Below, piece after piece: positions 62,010 to 64,000 of a stretch of 64,000 nt of DNA. Positions within the stretch are counted from its first letter, which is position 1. The number at the start of each line of letters is the position of its first letter. The notes below the pieces were generated by a model. It did no database searches, had not been told where the DNA came from, and was given only the letters and a program-made list of their open reading frames with translations. The DNA is taken from contig CATNEN010000039.1 of assembly GCA_950097015.1 (NCBI GenBank), forward strand, positions 18,290,001 through 18,354,000, in the 5' to 3' direction. Source of the stretch: Macrostomum hystrix. Its lineage: Eukaryota; Animalia; Platyhelminthes. A program made the translations under genes and the position numbers.

Positions 62010-63372
62010 TTAGCCTTCTTTAGAAGCAATCTTTATACGAAATATAGTCTTTCTAAATCTTTTAAATCGGATCTTTCTAAACGTGATGTTGATCCTAGGC
62101 AGACCGACTCGTCGCCTCTTTGGCAGCGAGTGCAGCCAATGCTGATTGGTTGGCGGATGCATAGCAAGCAGGCTGCCGCCAGCCAATGACAGCTCGACTC
62201 GCTGACCGGTCATTGGCTGACGAAAATAGAAATCGCGAGTAGCGCCTAGAGACAAGCTGACGATCGGAGCTGATTGGTCCAGATCTGACTCACTGTCGCG
62301 ATGCTCGCCGATGTAATTGTCGCCATTGGCGTAGCGATTCACAAGAGCGAAATTAAAGCGAACTCCGCCAAAGCTGCTGTCAGCGGACAGTTGATCCCGA
62401 ATAGCCGACAGACAGGGCAGCCAAGGCATCGCCGGAACTTTAGTGCCTGCAGGCGCGAAAAGGGATTGGAGATCTGAGGGAATTCGGGATCTGAGGGAAT
62501 TTGGGATCAGAAGGAATTCAGTATCTCAGGAAATTTGGGATTAGAGGGCATTTGGGATCAGAGGGAATTTGGGATCTGAGAGGATTTGGGATGAGAGGGA
62601 ATTAGGGATCTCAGGGAATTTCAGGATCTGAGGGAATTTGGGATCAGAGTGAATTTTAGGATCTGAGGGAATTTGGGATCAGAGGGAATTTAGTATCTCA
62701 GGAATTCTCTTAGTATCGGGATCTGAAGGGAAATTGGGATAAAGGGGAATTTGGGATCTGAGAGAAATTAGGATCTGAGGGAATTTGGGATAAGAGGGAA
62801 TTAAGGATCTGAGGTAAATGTAGGTCTGGGAGAATTCGGGATCAGACAGGATTTAAGATCTAACGAAACATTAGATTATAATACGAGTTATTAGAATAAG
62901 GGGATATTTTAGGTACCTGGCATACCTAGAATCCAAGGAGAAATGCCAACAAATCATTCAGGAACCCAAGCGAACCTGAATAGTTGTATGACAGTCCGGT
63001 GTCACCGTAGGCGCACAACTGCCTTGGCGTAGGGTGCCACTTGCCATAGACTCGCACCCGGGCAATGTCCGGTCCATAGTAGACAACCTGGCGTTCAAGC
63101 AAACGAAATACTCTGCCAGCCAGTTTGCAGGGCAGATAGGTCGGATAGTAAGTTAAAACTAATTGGCAGCGCTCGATTCTACGACTGGTGCCATGCTGAA
63201 TTGATTCTTTTGTCAGTTCGCTAATCAGTTGAGCTTCTTCTGGCTCTTTTGACTCTGTCTCTAAATGACTAGAGTTGCTAGGCAACTGAGGCGAATTATC
63301 CGCGCTGTTATTCTTCTTTACGTCTACATTTTCCGGACCGACAATTAAAAGAGGCTGATCGACAGCGGATGA
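62010..63372 (-). CDS. ALKBH2: Alpha-ketoglutarate-dependent DNA demethylase ALKBH2; exons 63372-62976, 62446-62010; no genomic ATG seen in window
   Basis: RVRVYGKWHPTPR..YGD.GL.Y.YSG, NFALVNRY..G...IGEHRD.E, SLSLGA.RDF.FR, HWLHSLPKR..PRINITFRKI. Confidence 0.92.
62462..62860. repeat. Imperfect ~18-19-bp intronic repeat
   Basis: gggatctgagggaattt units; same array copied at 50990-51390. Confidence 0.9.
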
Positions 63373-63439
63373 CTGAAATCGAAACAATGAGATTCAAATA
63401 ATTGCTTGCCGTTCATAAGAATTATTATTATTTTGCTTT

Positions 63440-64000
63440 GATTCTAGCTGCGGTTCCTGATGCGATTCTAGCTGCGTTTCCTGATGCGATTCTAGCTTCG
63501 GTTCCTGATGCGATTCTAGCTACGGTTCCTGATGCGATTCTAGCTGCGGTTCCTGATGCAGTTCTAGATACGGTTCCTGATGCAATTCTAGCTGCGGTTC
63601 CTGATGCGATTCTAGCTGATGGTTCCTGCTCCGATTCTAACTGGCGGTTATTGCTGCGATTCTAACTGGCGGTTCCTGCTCCGATTCTAACTGGCGGTTC
63701 CTGCTGCGATTCTAGCTACGGTTCCTGATGCGATTCTAGCTGATGGTTCCTGCTCCGATTCTAACTGGCGGTTATTGCTGCGATTCTAGCTACGGTTCCT
63801 GATGCGATTCTAGCTACGGTTCCTGATGCGATTCTAGCTGATGGTTCCTGCTCCGATTCTAACTGGCGGTTATTGATGCGATTCTAACTGGCGGGTCCTG
63901 CTCCGATTCTAACTGGCGGTTCCTGCTGCGATTCTAGCTACGGTTCCTGATGCGATTCTAGCTGATGGTTCCTGCTCCGATTCCAACTGGCGGTTCCTGC
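63440..64000. repeat. 24-bp satellite family, diverged variants, runs off the window end
   Basis: gattctagctacggttcctgatgc and gattctaactggcggttcctgc variants. Confidence 0.95.

Overview
Eukaryotic genomic DNA with spliced genes, most likely from a flatworm and plausibly Macrostomum. This is inferred from the EF-hand/dynein-light-chain TAL gene, the minisatellite-stuffed introns and the splice acceptors sitting just upstream of each CDS. The first 18 kb is mostly mobile DNA: two tRNA-headed SINE families, a decayed LOA-like LINE with its RT core deleted, a 5'-truncated RNase H LINE with a (CA)n tail, an orphan LTR plus tRNA-Leu PBS, and an apparently complete 6.2-kb CMC/EnSpm (CACTA-type) transposon with perfect TIRs and two genes. 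A TAL gene lies among them. From 19.6 to 64 kb there are two convergent same-strand gene clusters. On +: SLMAP, hugely expanded by a 15-residue repeat, then NSUN5 and a TMEM116-like 7TM gene. On -: ALKBH2, then CHD1L/ALC1 (12 exons) carrying an extra C-terminal LIG3/XRCC1-type BRCT domain. NSUN5 and ALKBH2 have no in-frame ATG at their conserved N-termini and begin in phase 0 right after a TTTCAG acceptor, which fits initiation from the flatworm spliced-leader AUG and possibly operon organisation. Most large introns and intergenic spacers hold their own tandem repeat, including a 10-kb 24-bp satellite with higher-order structure. Most long ORFs in the track over these repeats are artefacts.
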